Assembly (NCBI GenBank): GCA_963783305.1
Contig: CAWAMW010000002.1
Location: forward strand, 352,001-416,000
DNA length: 64,000 nucleotides
Direction: 5' to 3'
Source: an uncultured Gemmatimonadales bacterium
Lineage (GTDB): Bacteria; Gemmatimonadota; Gemmatimonadetes; Longimicrobiales; RSA9
Of the stretch, positions 54,925-64,000 are shown piece after piece; within the stretch, counting starts at the first letter, position 1; every line of letters starts with the position of its first letter. The position numbers and the translations under genes are program-made. Below the pieces are notes generated by a model. That model had not been told where the DNA came from. It worked only from the letters and a program-made list of their open reading frames with translations, and made no database searches.

Positions 54925-55830
54925 TCAGCCCTCCGTTCGCGCCACCAGCACCGGGACCGTGGACGCGCGGACGACCTTGTCGGCGGTGCTCCCGAGCACG
55001 ACGCGGCCCAGGGCGGTCCGGCGATGAGCCCCTACGGCCACCATGTCGGCGCCGACCTCCTCGACGGCCTTCAGGATCCCGCGGGCCGCATGGAAGGCCC
55101 GGGTGACCATGGTATCGATCTGAATGTCCTCGAATCGTCCGGCCAGCGCCTCCAATGCCTCCCGAGCTGCGGCCTCGCTGGCTTCCACGGTCTCCCAGTC
55201 CATCTCGGCCGTGTGGGGGATATAAGGCGAGCCGAGGCCGGCGGGGAACGCGACGACCCGGAGCAGCGTCAGCCTGGCGTCGAACACCCGGGCCAGACGC
55301 GCGGCCTCCTCGACCACAGCGGGTGCGGCGGGCGCGCCGCCCGACCCCACCAGGATCCGCCGCGGCGGCGCCACGGAGCGCGGTGGGACATCGGCGTCGT
55401 CCCGGGGGCGGATGAGAATGAGGGGCGTGTCGACGTGGCGCACGAGCGAATCGGCGACGCTCCCGAGCCACGCCCGCTCCAGGCCGCCGCGGCCATGGGT
55501 GGCGAGGACGAGGAGGTCCGACTCCGGCGCGAGGTCCCTGAGCTCCCGGACCACGTCTCCGGATCGGAGCTCCGTCACGACGTTCAGTCCGCGCTCGCGC
55601 AGCCATTTCGCCTGCTCCTCGAGGTAGGCCCCTTCCCGCTCGCGGTGGTCCATGTGCCACTGGTCGAGGAGGGGCACGGCGCTCACCTCCGTGACGGTCA
55701 TCGGGAGCGGTGTGTGGACGAGGACGAGCCGGATCGTGCCGCCGGTGCGCTCGGCGATCAGGGCGGCGTGCGCCAGCGCGTTCTCCGAGAAGGTCGATCC
55801 ATCGAGCGGTACGAGCAGCGTGTCGTACAT
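54925..55830 (-). CDS. Universal stress protein (tandem USP domains)
   Basis: LLVPLDGS, ATHGRGG...LGSVAD, and a second domain with LGSTADKVV...PVLV. Confidence 0.92.
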   Translation of the reverse strand: MYDTLLVPLDGSTFSENALAHAALIAERTGGTIRLVLVHTPLPMTVTEVSAVPLLDQWHMDHREREGAYLEEQAKWLRERGLNVVTELRSGDVVRELRDLAPESDLLVLATHGRGGLERAWLGSVADSLVRHVDTPLILIRPRDDADVPPRSVAPPRRILVGSGGAPAAPAVVEEAARLARVFDARLTLLRVVAFPAGLGSPYIPHTAEMDWETVEASEAAAREALEALAGRFEDIQIDTMVTRAFHAARGILKAVEEVGADMVAVGAHRRTALGRVVLGSTADKVVRASTVPVLVARTEG

Positions 55831-55927
55831 ATCTGGCTCCTGCCGGTGCCGACCGGCGTTCGCGATCGCGTTCAGGGCGGGGCTCCCTCGAATATGCGGC
55901 CGGGGCGCGCCGCCCGACAGGCCGAGG

Positions 55928-56665
55928 CTACGGGGCGGAATCCCCGAGGAGCAGGCGCACCGCGTCGCTGAAGGTGGGGACCACCGCGTACCCGTGGTGG
56001 AGCGGCTCCACCATGTCGTGGTGCCAGGGATCCGCCACCTCGACCAGGATCGCGGGCACACCCAGCTCGAGGGCCGGGTTGATGTCCGAGCGGATGCTGT
56101 TGCCGACCATCCACGCGCGCTCCGGTTGGCGCACGCCGAAGTGATCGAGCGTCTCGCGCAGCGCCTCGGCCGTCTTCAACGGGACGACCCGAACCCGGGT
56201 CTCACCCACCGCGTCCACTGCGCCAGCCTCCCGCACACAGCCGAGCTGATAGTCGTGGTTTCCGCCCTGTGTGTAGATGGCGGTGGGCAGGTGCCGCGCC
56301 AGATGCCGCAGGGCGGGCAGCGCGCCATCGAGAGCCGGGGGCGTGCCGAGCACGGCTGCGCCCAGTCGCTCGCACTCTTCCAGCAGCGCCGGATCGGCAT
56401 CGCGACCGGCGGAGCGGCAGAGAACGCGGTAGGTCTCCGCGAACGCCAGCGGGAGGCGGTGCGGTCCGATCCCGTGCCGCTCCCGCATGACCGGGTCCAC
56501 CTCGTGATGGTGCACCCGCTCCGTCTCACCGATTTCGAACCCCGCGCGCGAGAGCCTCTCGAACAGCTCGCGCCGCGCACCCTCGAAGCGGGGGGCGGTG
56601 TTCACGAGCGTGTCGTCGAAGTCGACGAGGACGAGGTCGATGTCAGTGGGTCGCGGAGTCTGCAT
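55928..56665 (-). CDS. HAD family hydrolase
   Basis: DFDDTL (motif I), MVGNSIRSDI (motif IV). Confidence 0.87.
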   Translation of the reverse strand: MQTPRPTDIDLVLVDFDDTLVNTAPRFEGARRELFERLSRAGFEIGETERVHHHEVDPVMRERHGIGPHRLPLAFAETYRVLCRSAGRDADPALLEECERLGAAVLGTPPALDGALPALRHLARHLPTAIYTQGGNHDYQLGCVREAGAVDAVGETRVRVVPLKTAEALRETLDHFGVRQPERAWMVGNSIRSDINPALELGVPAILVEVADPWHHDMVEPLHHGYAVVPTFSDAVRLLLGDSAP

Positions 56666-56807
56666 GGGGGCCGAAGATGCCACGGCCGATGGCCACGTGG
56701 CAACCGCCGCGCGGCTCGATCCCCCGGAGGCCTTGCTCCACCGGCCCGAAGATCGCAGCATCCCCCGCCCGACCGAACCAGTGGAAGCACCCGCAGGGAG
56801 CCGATAG

Positions 56808-57953
56808 ATGACCACCGACCCGAGCGCGGCCCGCGATCTCATGGAGCGTTTCGCCGCCTCCTCCGGCCTCACCTCCGGGGGACCGGAGCGCCGGTACCTC
56901 TGGACTGATGCGTTCGCCGTCTGCAACTGGCTGGGGCTAGGGGAGGTGGACCGCGCCCGGGACCTCGTCGGCCGGGTCCACCGGGTCCTTGGACAGCACC
57001 GCGAGGACGATCCGCGTCAGGGGTGGATCAGCGGCCTGTCCGAGGAGGAGGGCGCGGCCCGCCCGACGGCCGGTGGTCTCCGGATCGGCAAGCCGCTGCC
57101 GGAACGGCGGTCGGATCAGCGGTATCACCCGGAGCTGGAATGGGAGCGCGATGGTCAATACTTCCACTACCTGACGCGGTGGCTGCGGGCGCTGCAGCGG
57201 ATGGCCGCGGTCACGGGCGGGTCGACATACCACACCTGGTCCGTGGAGCTGGCCCGGGTCGCGTTCGACCGCTTCAGCCACGGGATCGGCCCGGTGCCAA
57301 ACCGGCTCCACTGGAAGATGAGCATCGACCTGACGCGGCCGCTGGTCCCATCCATGGGACAGCACGACCCGCTGGACGGCTACGTAGCCATGAGCGAGGT
57401 CGTCGCCGGATCACAGGCAGCGGGGGGCGACCCGAACGACGCGAGCGACCTCGAGAACCGGATGGGCGTCCTGGCCGGGATGAGTGACGGATCGGAGTGG
57501 ACCACGGAGGACCCCCTCGGCACCGGCTCCCTGCTGAGCGACGCGTGGTTCCTGGCACGCCTTGGAGAGGACGACCCGGAGCGCCTGCGGCTCCTCGATC
57601 GGGTCCTGAAGGCCGCCACCCTGAGCCTGCGGGAGGTCAGGGACGCGCGGCTGCTGGAGCTGCCATCTTCCCGCCGCCTGGCGTTCCGCGAGCTCGGTCT
57701 GGCGATCGGCCTCGGCGCGGCGGACCGGCTGGCATCGCTGGACATGGCCGGGCTCCTGGGGGAGGAGGCCGTCCGTCAGGTGGAGGAGCTCCGGGATTCG
57801 ACGGGGCTGCAGTCGGCGATCACCGAGTTCTGGCTGGAACCGGCGCACCGCCGGACGCCGCCATGGATCGAGCACGAGGACATCAACACCGTCATGCTCG
57901 CCACGGCGGTGCACCCTGCCGGCTATCTGGGGACCGCCACCGTCAGCGGATGA
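56808..57953 (+). CDS. Conserved hypothetical protein (possibly an alpha/alpha-barrel)
   Basis: RRYLWTDAFAV, RDGQYFHYLT, WKMSIDL, HDPLDG, RLAFRELGL, HEDINTVMLA. Confidence 0.75.
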   Translation: MTTDPSAARDLMERFAASSGLTSGGPERRYLWTDAFAVCNWLGLGEVDRARDLVGRVHRVLGQHREDDPRQGWISGLSEEEGAARPTAGGLRIGKPLPERRSDQRYHPELEWERDGQYFHYLTRWLRALQRMAAVTGGSTYHTWSVELARVAFDRFSHGIGPVPNRLHWKMSIDLTRPLVPSMGQHDPLDGYVAMSEVVAGSQAAGGDPNDASDLENRMGVLAGMSDGSEWTTEDPLGTGSLLSDAWFLARLGEDDPERLRLLDRVLKAATLSLREVRDARLLELPSSRRLAFRELGLAIGLGAADRLASLDMAGLLGEEAVRQVEELRDSTGLQSAITEFWLEPAHRRTPPWIEHEDINTVMLATAVHPAGYLGTATVSG

Positions 57954-58491
57954 CGCCGCAGGCCACGCGGGGACCCGCCGCGCCGGAGGGCTGGCTCTCG
58001 TAATCGTCCGCGCCGCCGTGAATCATGATCGCGGAGCCGTCGGCATCGAGCAGGTAGCCGGCGGTCCCGGGGACGAGGCTCACATAGCGCGCGAGGCGTT
58101 CCGTGGTCACGGTTCCACTCTCGGGCACATGGATGTTGAGCATGTCACCGCCGTGCTCACCGTCTGGATGCATGATCCCATGGCTCCGCCCGTGGGGGGC
58201 GTAGTGACCGCCGGCCGAGGTGAAGTCGGGCGTGGTGCACTGGCCGGTCTCGTGGATGTGGAAGCCGTGCGCGCCCGGCTCCAGCCCCTGGACGTCGAGT
58301 CGCACCAGGACCGCGCCGTTGGGCGTCTGGATCAGCTGCGCGGTACCCACCGGCTGTCCGTTCCGGTCGACCAGGCTCGCCGTCGCCACGTGCTCACCCG
58401 TGCCCTGCACCGGCACTCCAAGCGCCTGCTGGGCGGTCGCGCCCGCGGTCGTCAGCAACGAGAGCACCACAGCCGCTACGATCGTTTTCAT
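57943..58491 (-). CDS. sodC: Periplasmic Cu/Zn superoxide dismutase
   Basis: Signal peptide; HGFHIH, AGGHY, HG, HGGD, IHGGADDY, RVACG; GGAGG SD. Confidence 0.9.
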   Translation of the reverse strand: MKTIVAAVVLSLLTTAGATAQQALGVPVQGTGEHVATASLVDRNGQPVGTAQLIQTPNGAVLVRLDVQGLEPGAHGFHIHETGQCTTPDFTSAGGHYAPHGRSHGIMHPDGEHGGDMLNIHVPESGTVTTERLARYVSLVPGTAGYLLDADGSAIMIHGGADDYESQPSGAAGPRVACGVIR

Positions 58492-58556
58492 CTTTCCTCC
58501 GGTTCGTCGCTTCGTTTCCGACATCCGTCCCGGGGACACGGCCGCAAGCTTCATAC

Positions 58557-61500
58557 TCACCACGTCTCCCGGGGCGCCTTCGGCCGGCCGGCGGCCACCC
58601 AGCGGGCGCGGCGCGCGATGGCGCCGGACCAGAGCCGGAAGTCGTCCACGGTAGCGTAGAGGACGGGAGTCAGCAGGAGGGTCAGGACCATGGATGTAGT
58701 GAGTCCGCCGATCACGGCCTGCCCGATGGGGGCGAACATCTGACCCATGCCTTCCCCGGCGAAGAACGCCATGGGCACCATGGCGATGAGGGTGGTGAGG
58801 GAGGTCATGAGCACGGGTCGCATACGCGCCTGGCAGCCGTGCAGCAGCGCCTCCCGCCGCTCCATTCCCCCCGCTCGGAGCTGGTTCACCAGGTCGATCA
58901 TGACGATGGAGTTGTTCACCACGATCCCGACGGTGATGAGGATCCCGAGGAAGGAGAGGATCGAAAGGGAGGTCCCGGTCAGCAGGAACACGAGGCCCAT
59001 CCCCGGCAGTGCGAAGAAGATGGAGAAGTAGATGATGACGGGGAGGAGCAGGCTCTCGAAGAGTGCGGCAAGGAGCAGGTAGACCAGGATGAGCGCGAGG
59101 ACCGCGGCGAAGAGCATTTCGCCGAACTGCTGCTGCTCCTCCTCGAACCCGCGGCCGAGGTCCCAACGGTACCCCACCGGCAGCTCCATCTCCTCCATCA
59201 TCACCGCGAGCTGCTGCTGGAGCGCCTCGCGATTGGCGCCGGGCGCAACCTCAGCGTTCACGCTCACGGATGTCATCCGGTTCTCCCGCCGGATGTCCTG
59301 CGGCCCCGCCACCACCTCGATGTCGGCCACGGTGTTCAGCGGGATATTGCGGCCGTCGGGCGTACCAATGGCGAGGGTCCCGAGCTGGGCGATCGAGAGG
59401 CGATCCTCCTCCCGCAGCTGCGCCAGCACCTCGACCTCGCGGTCCCCCGCACGGAAACGGGTGGCGGCCTGGCCGCGGAGCGCGCCCGATACGGCCTGCG
59501 CCACCTGCCGGGAGCTGAGGCCCTGCCGCTCCGCCGCCTCCCGATCCACGAGCACACGCACTTCCTCGTTCCCTTCCTGGAGCGAGTTCTCCAGGTTCTG
59601 GAGACCCTCCATCTCCCGCGCCATCCGGGCCTCCACCCGCTCCGCCAGTTCCGCCAGAACCGCCGTGCTCTCGCCGATGAGGCGCACGCTGAGTCGACCG
59701 CCCTGGCCCCACGACCGCCGCTGCCGCCACTCGACGCCGGCCACCACGGGCAGCTCCGTCTGGATCCGTTCGGTGATGGCCGCCGAGGACAATGCCGCCC
59801 CTTCCGAATACGGCTTCAGCGTGATCATGATGCTGTTCCACCTGTCCGATGAGAACGCCGAGACGTTCTCGACCTCGAACTCTTCGCTCCGGTCGAGGAG
59901 CAGCTGCTCGGCCTGTCCGAAGAGATCGCTCCGCTCCTCGACCGACATCCCCCGGGGCGTCGAGACGGTCATCATGACGAAGCGCCGGTCCTCGTTCGGC
60001 ATCAGCTCCTTGGGGAGCGACACGAGCAGGTAGCCGCCGCCCAGGAAGACGACCGCCGCGGCGACCCCGGTGGCCGCGCGGTGGTCCAGGAGCCGGTCGA
60101 GGACGCGGCGGTAGCCGTCGAACAGGCGCTTGAAGAAGCCGCCGGGCTCTGGCATGTTGCCGCGCAGCAGCCAGACCGCGAGCAGCGGGACGAGGGTGAA
60201 GGCGATGCCGAGGCTCGCGGCGATGGCGAAAGAGATGGACATCCCGAACTCCCGCATCTGGGTGCCCATCATGTTCGGCGTCATGAAGAACAGCGGCATG
60301 AACACGACGATGGTCGTGGCCGTGCCCGCCAGGATAGCGAGCCCCACCTCCGTCGCTCCGCTGACCGCCGCCTCCTCGGCGCCGTCCCCGCGCTCCCGGT
60401 GCCGGAAAATGTTCTCCACCACCACCACGGCGTTGTCGATGAGCATCCCCACCGCGAGCATCAGCCCGGACAGCGTGATGACGTTGATGCTCGCGCCGGT
60501 GACGTAGAGGATCGACACGGTGAAGATGAGTGAGACCGGGATGGACGCGGCCACGATGAGGGTGGGGGTGATGCGTCGCAGGAAGATCAGGAGGATGACC
60601 ACGGCGAGGATGCCCCCGATCGCCCCGGCGTTCAGCAGCGCGTTCAGCGCCTCGATGATCCCCTCCGACTGGTCCTGCCAGAAGCGGAACCCGATGCTCT
60701 CCAGTCCCGGCTGGGTCCGCAGCTCCTCGAGCGCCGCCCGCACCTCCCTCGCCACCTGGACAATGTTCGCCTCGGAGTCCTTGTAGACCTGCAGCTGGCG
60801 CGCGTTCTGGCCGTTCAGGCGGAAGAAGAAGTCGCGCTCGGGATAGTCGTAGCGTACACTGGCGACGTCGCCGAGCCGCACCCGGTTGCCGTCGATGGGC
60901 AGCGCCTCGATCTCCTCGGGCCGCTGAAAGCTCCCCTCCGCTCGTACCAGGAACCGCGTGGACCCCAGCTCGATCTCACCGGCGGAGATGTCCTGGTTCC
61001 CGCGGGCGAGGGCGAAGCTGATCTGGGACAGGGTGACGCCCGCGGACTGCATCCGGTCCTGATCGAGCTCGACCGTGACCTCCCGCTCCTCCAGCCCGCT
61101 GAACTCCACCGCGGCCACGCCGGGGACGGCCATGATGGCGGGCTCCACCCGGCGCTCGATGAGCTCGGTGAGCTGCGCGGGGTCGCCGTCCCAGGAGAGA
61201 GCGCCGCGCAGCACGGGCTGGTCGTCGGTGCCCCATCGGCGGAGGTCGATCCGTTCCACGTCCTCGGGCAGCTGCCGCCGTGCCAGCTCCGCCCGCTCCC
61301 GTACCTCGAGCGCCGCCATGTCCATGTTGGTGCCGGGCTGGAACTCGAGCTCCAGCGAGCCGCTGTTCTGACTGGCGCTGGAGGTGATGTTCTCGAGTCG
61401 ACGGACAGTACCGAGCTCCTCTTCCAGCGGACGGATGATCTTTCGCTCGACCTCCGCCGGGCTGGCGTCCGGGTATGGGACGGTGACGCGTACCACCGGC

Positions 61501-61625
61501 CGCTCGAACGAAGGCCACAGGTCCAGGCTGATCCGGGACAGCGCGATGCCGCCCAGCACGATCGTGGTGAGAATCAGCATCCCCGTGGTGACGGGCCGAT
61601 GTACGGCGAAGCGTGGCAGCGACAT
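58557..61625 (-). CDS. RND efflux permease (AcrB/AcrD/AcrF family)
   Basis: GMLIDNAVVVVENI, GIVVNNSIV, RMRPVLMTSLTT. Confidence 0.93.
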   Translation of the reverse strand: MSLPRFAVHRPVTTGMLILTTIVLGGIALSRISLDLWPSFERPVVRVTVPYPDASPAEVERKIIRPLEEELGTVRRLENITSSASQNSGSLELEFQPGTNMDMAALEVRERAELARRQLPEDVERIDLRRWGTDDQPVLRGALSWDGDPAQLTELIERRVEPAIMAVPGVAAVEFSGLEEREVTVELDQDRMQSAGVTLSQISFALARGNQDISAGEIELGSTRFLVRAEGSFQRPEEIEALPIDGNRVRLGDVASVRYDYPERDFFFRLNGQNARQLQVYKDSEANIVQVAREVRAALEELRTQPGLESIGFRFWQDQSEGIIEALNALLNAGAIGGILAVVILLIFLRRITPTLIVAASIPVSLIFTVSILYVTGASINVITLSGLMLAVGMLIDNAVVVVENIFRHRERGDGAEEAAVSGATEVGLAILAGTATTIVVFMPLFFMTPNMMGTQMREFGMSISFAIAASLGIAFTLVPLLAVWLLRGNMPEPGGFFKRLFDGYRRVLDRLLDHRAATGVAAAVVFLGGGYLLVSLPKELMPNEDRRFVMMTVSTPRGMSVEERSDLFGQAEQLLLDRSEEFEVENVSAFSSDRWNSIMITLKPYSEGAALSSAAITERIQTELPVVAGVEWRQRRSWGQGGRLSVRLIGESTAVLAELAERVEARMAREMEGLQNLENSLQEGNEEVRVLVDREAAERQGLSSRQVAQAVSGALRGQAATRFRAGDREVEVLAQLREEDRLSIAQLGTLAIGTPDGRNIPLNTVADIEVVAGPQDIRRENRMTSVSVNAEVAPGANREALQQQLAVMMEEMELPVGYRWDLGRGFEEEQQQFGEMLFAAVLALILVYLLLAALFESLLLPVIIYFSIFFALPGMGLVFLLTGTSLSILSFLGILITVGIVVNNSIVMIDLVNQLRAGGMERREALLHGCQARMRPVLMTSLTTLIAMVPMAFFAGEGMGQMFAPIGQAVIGGLTTSMVLTLLLTPVLYATVDDFRLWSGAIARRARWVAAGRPKAPRETW

Positions 61626-61626
61626 G

Positions 61627-64000
61627 TCAGCCCCCGGTCGAGTCAGTGAGCGGAACGGCGGGTCCGGCATCCGCGACCACGCCCGCGGCGGACGCGCGCT
61701 CCTGCGCCCTCCGGAGCGTCCGCCCCTCCACCAGATGGTACAGGACCGGCACGACGACGAGCGTCAGGACCGTCGCGACCAGAAGCCCCCCGATCACCGG
61801 AATGGCCAGAGGCGCGCGCAGCTCCGCGCCCTCCCCCTGTATCAGCGCCAGTGGCAGGAGCCCGAGCACGGTTGTGAGGGTGGTGATGATGATCGGACGG
61901 AGTCGAAGCCGTCCGCCCTCGCGCAGGGCGTCCGCCAGCTCCATACCCTCATCGCGTCGTAGCTGATTCACCGTGTCGAGCAGCACGATGGCGTTGTTGA
62001 CCACGATTCCCGCCAGCATGACCACGCCAATGAGCGCGACCACGGAGATCGGCGTTCCGGTGATCCACAGGGAAAGGATCGCGCCCACGAGCGCCAGAGG
62101 GACGGACGTCATGATGACCATGGGCTGACGGAACGACTCGAACTGGCTGGCCATGACGAGGTACACCAGGAAGACGGCCAGGAGGAGCGCCATCTGCATG
62201 GAGCGGATCGAACTCTCCAGCTCCCTGGACTGGCCGGCCACGACCAGCGCCACGTCTGCCGGGGCTGGGATCTCCCTCAGCCGCTGCTCGATCTTGGTGA
62301 GCACCCCCGCGAGATCTCGACCCACGGGGCTGGCCTGCACGAGAGCCACCCGCGATCCGTTGCGACGCACGATCTCCGCGGGTCCCTCGCTGAACCCGAG
62401 GGTAGCCACGGCCTCGAGCGAGACGGTGCCGGTGGGCGTCTCGATCCGGAGGTCGCCCAGATCCTGGAGCGTGGTCCTCTGCTCCTCGCGCGCCCGGACC
62501 AGGATCCCGATGTCACGGTCACGCTCGGTCAGCTCGGTGGCATCCAGGCCACGGACGCGGGCGCGGACGGCCTCCGCCGCGCCCCCCACGGTCAGCCCTA
62601 CGCGCGCGGCGCGCTCCCGATCGAAGCGGATCGTCACCTCCGGGTTCCCCTCGCGGCGCGGCTCCTCGACCGCGGCCACTTCCGGCATTGCCCGGAGCGT
62701 GGACCGCACCTCCTCCGCGATGGCGGAAAGCTGCTGGAGGTTGTAGCCGCGGACCTCCACCTCGATGGGCGAAGAGATCGTGAACAGGCGGGGTCGATCG
62801 ATGCGGAACGCCACGCCCGGGAGCTCGCGCAGTCCTTCCGCGAGCGACCTCCGAACGGCCGGCTCCGGAACGTCCAGCCCCTCGAGTCGCACCAGCAGAG
62901 TGGCGGCGTGTCGCTCGATGTCCCCGCTCCCACCGCCCATGGCGCTCCCGACCCCGCGCATCCCCACCGTGGTGAATACCTCCCGCACGCCGTCGATGCC
63001 AAGCGCGATCTGCTCCCCGCGCCGTGCGTACGACTCCATTCGTTCGAGGCTCGTGCCGGGCGCTGCCTCGAGCTCGATCACCAGCTCTCCCTGGCTCATT
63101 TCCGGGATCAGCTCCAGCCCCAGACGCGGGAGCAGGAGCCCGGTGGCGAGCACCACCGCGAGGGTGGCGGCGAGGACTCGACCCGGCCGCCGCAGCGCCG
63201 ACGTCAGCCACACCGGGTAGCGACCCTCGAGCCAGGCGTAGCCGCGGTCGAACGCGTTCATCGCCGGCGCCACCACGCGCGCCGCGCCGCGGCCTACGCC
63301 GCGCACCGCCCGCAGCCCCAGCCCGGCCCCCGCCGCCAGCGTGGCACCGACGCGCTCGCTGCCCCGGGTCCGGCCGATCCGACCGGCGGTGACGCGAGCG
63401 CCGCTGCCGCGGGCGGCCAGCATGGGGATGAGCGTGAGCGACACGACGAGGGCGGCGAAGAGTGCGAAGGACACGGTCCACGCCTGGTCGCCGAAGAGCT
63501 GCCCGGCCACACCCTCCACGAAGATGATGGGGACGAACACCGCGATGGTGGTGAGGGTGGACGCGACCACGGCGCGGGCGACGCGGGTGCTGCCGATGGA
63601 GGCGGCGTGCGCCGGCGAGAGGCCGTTTTCCCGCTCCCGCGCCACGGACTCCAGCACCACGATGGCGCTGTCCACGAGCATGCCGACGCCGAGGGCGAGG
63701 CCGCCCAGAGACATGATGTTGAGGGTGATGCCACGACCGAACATCAGCACGAACGTGGCGATGACGGAGATCGGGATCGCCGTGGCGATGATCAGGGTGG
63801 TGGGTACGTGCCGCAGGAAGATGAGCAGCACCAGGACCGCCAGGAGCCCACCGAAGATCGCCGCCGACTGCACGTCGTTCACGGCGTTACGGATGAAGAT
63901 CGATTCGTCGCGCACCAGCGTGAGCCCTATGCCCTCCGGCAGGTCGGCCCGGATCGCGTCCGCCCGCTCCCGGACGGCCTCGGCCACGCGGACGATGTTG
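61627..64000 (-). CDS. RND efflux permease (partial; N-terminus lies beyond the window end)
   Basis: GMLVDSAIVVLE, GIVVNNAIV, RLRPIIITTLTT. The frame is open to the window edge. Confidence 0.92.
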   Translation of the reverse strand, partial: NIVRVAEAVRERADAIRADLPEGIGLTLVRDESIFIRNAVNDVQSAAIFGGLLAVLVLLIFLRHVPTTLIIATAIPISVIATFVLMFGRGITLNIMSLGGLALGVGMLVDSAIVVLESVARERENGLSPAHAASIGSTRVARAVVASTLTTIAVFVPIIFVEGVAGQLFGDQAWTVSFALFAALVVSLTLIPMLAARGSGARVTAGRIGRTRGSERVGATLAAGAGLGLRAVRGVGRGAARVVAPAMNAFDRGYAWLEGRYPVWLTSALRRPGRVLAATLAVVLATGLLLPRLGLELIPEMSQGELVIELEAAPGTSLERMESYARRGEQIALGIDGVREVFTTVGMRGVGSAMGGGSGDIERHAATLLVRLEGLDVPEPAVRRSLAEGLRELPGVAFRIDRPRLFTISSPIEVEVRGYNLQQLSAIAEEVRSTLRAMPEVAAVEEPRREGNPEVTIRFDRERAARVGLTVGGAAEAVRARVRGLDATELTERDRDIGILVRAREEQRTTLQDLGDLRIETPTGTVSLEAVATLGFSEGPAEIVRRNGSRVALVQASPVGRDLAGVLTKIEQRLREIPAPADVALVVAGQSRELESSIRSMQMALLLAVFLVYLVMASQFESFRQPMVIMTSVPLALVGAILSLWITGTPISVVALIGVVMLAGIVVNNAIVLLDTVNQLRRDEGMELADALREGGRLRLRPIIITTLTTVLGLLPLALIQGEGAELRAPLAIPVIGGLLVATVLTLVVVPVLYHLVEGRTLRRAQERASAAGVVADAGPAVPLTDSTGG

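Overview
A 64 kb, GC-rich (about 70%), gene-dense bacterial chromosomal segment. The protein families and style suggest Gemmatimonadota or a similar lineage, but this is inference only. I see no rRNA, tRNA, transposase, integrase, prophage or true CRISPR array. Left to right it holds about 55 CDS: a partial PAS/GAF sensor kinase, kaiC, kaiB, a nitroreductase, a xanthine-dehydrogenase/HcrA-like molybdoenzyme cluster interrupted by an ABC-F gene, a MocA-XdhC fusion, thiI, a GAF-GGDEF cyclase, a two-subunit NAD-linked formate dehydrogenase, cell-wall enzymes, a GshB-like ligase paired with a MATCAP/DUF1704-type peptidase, a glycogen debranching enzyme with TreT, an ECF sigma/anti-sigma pair, a dipeptidase-DUF2911 fusion, trmH, DUF885, a truncated CDF, an ATP-grasp-SET fusion with GNAT and cyclophilin genes, a repeat-rich intergenic region, cbiMQO, tesB, USP, HAD, sodC and two RND permeases. 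The best candidates for undescribed biology are: (1) the ATP-grasp ligase-SET methyltransferase fusion operon; (2) the GshB-like ligase/MATCAP-like peptidase pair, a possible writer/eraser system; (3) a KaiA-less kaiBC-kinase module; (4) a shared sigma54-type -24/-12 motif upstream of several stress and cell-wall genes; and (5) an attenuator-like leader on the ABC-F gene. All calls come from motif recognition by eye; no database searches were run.
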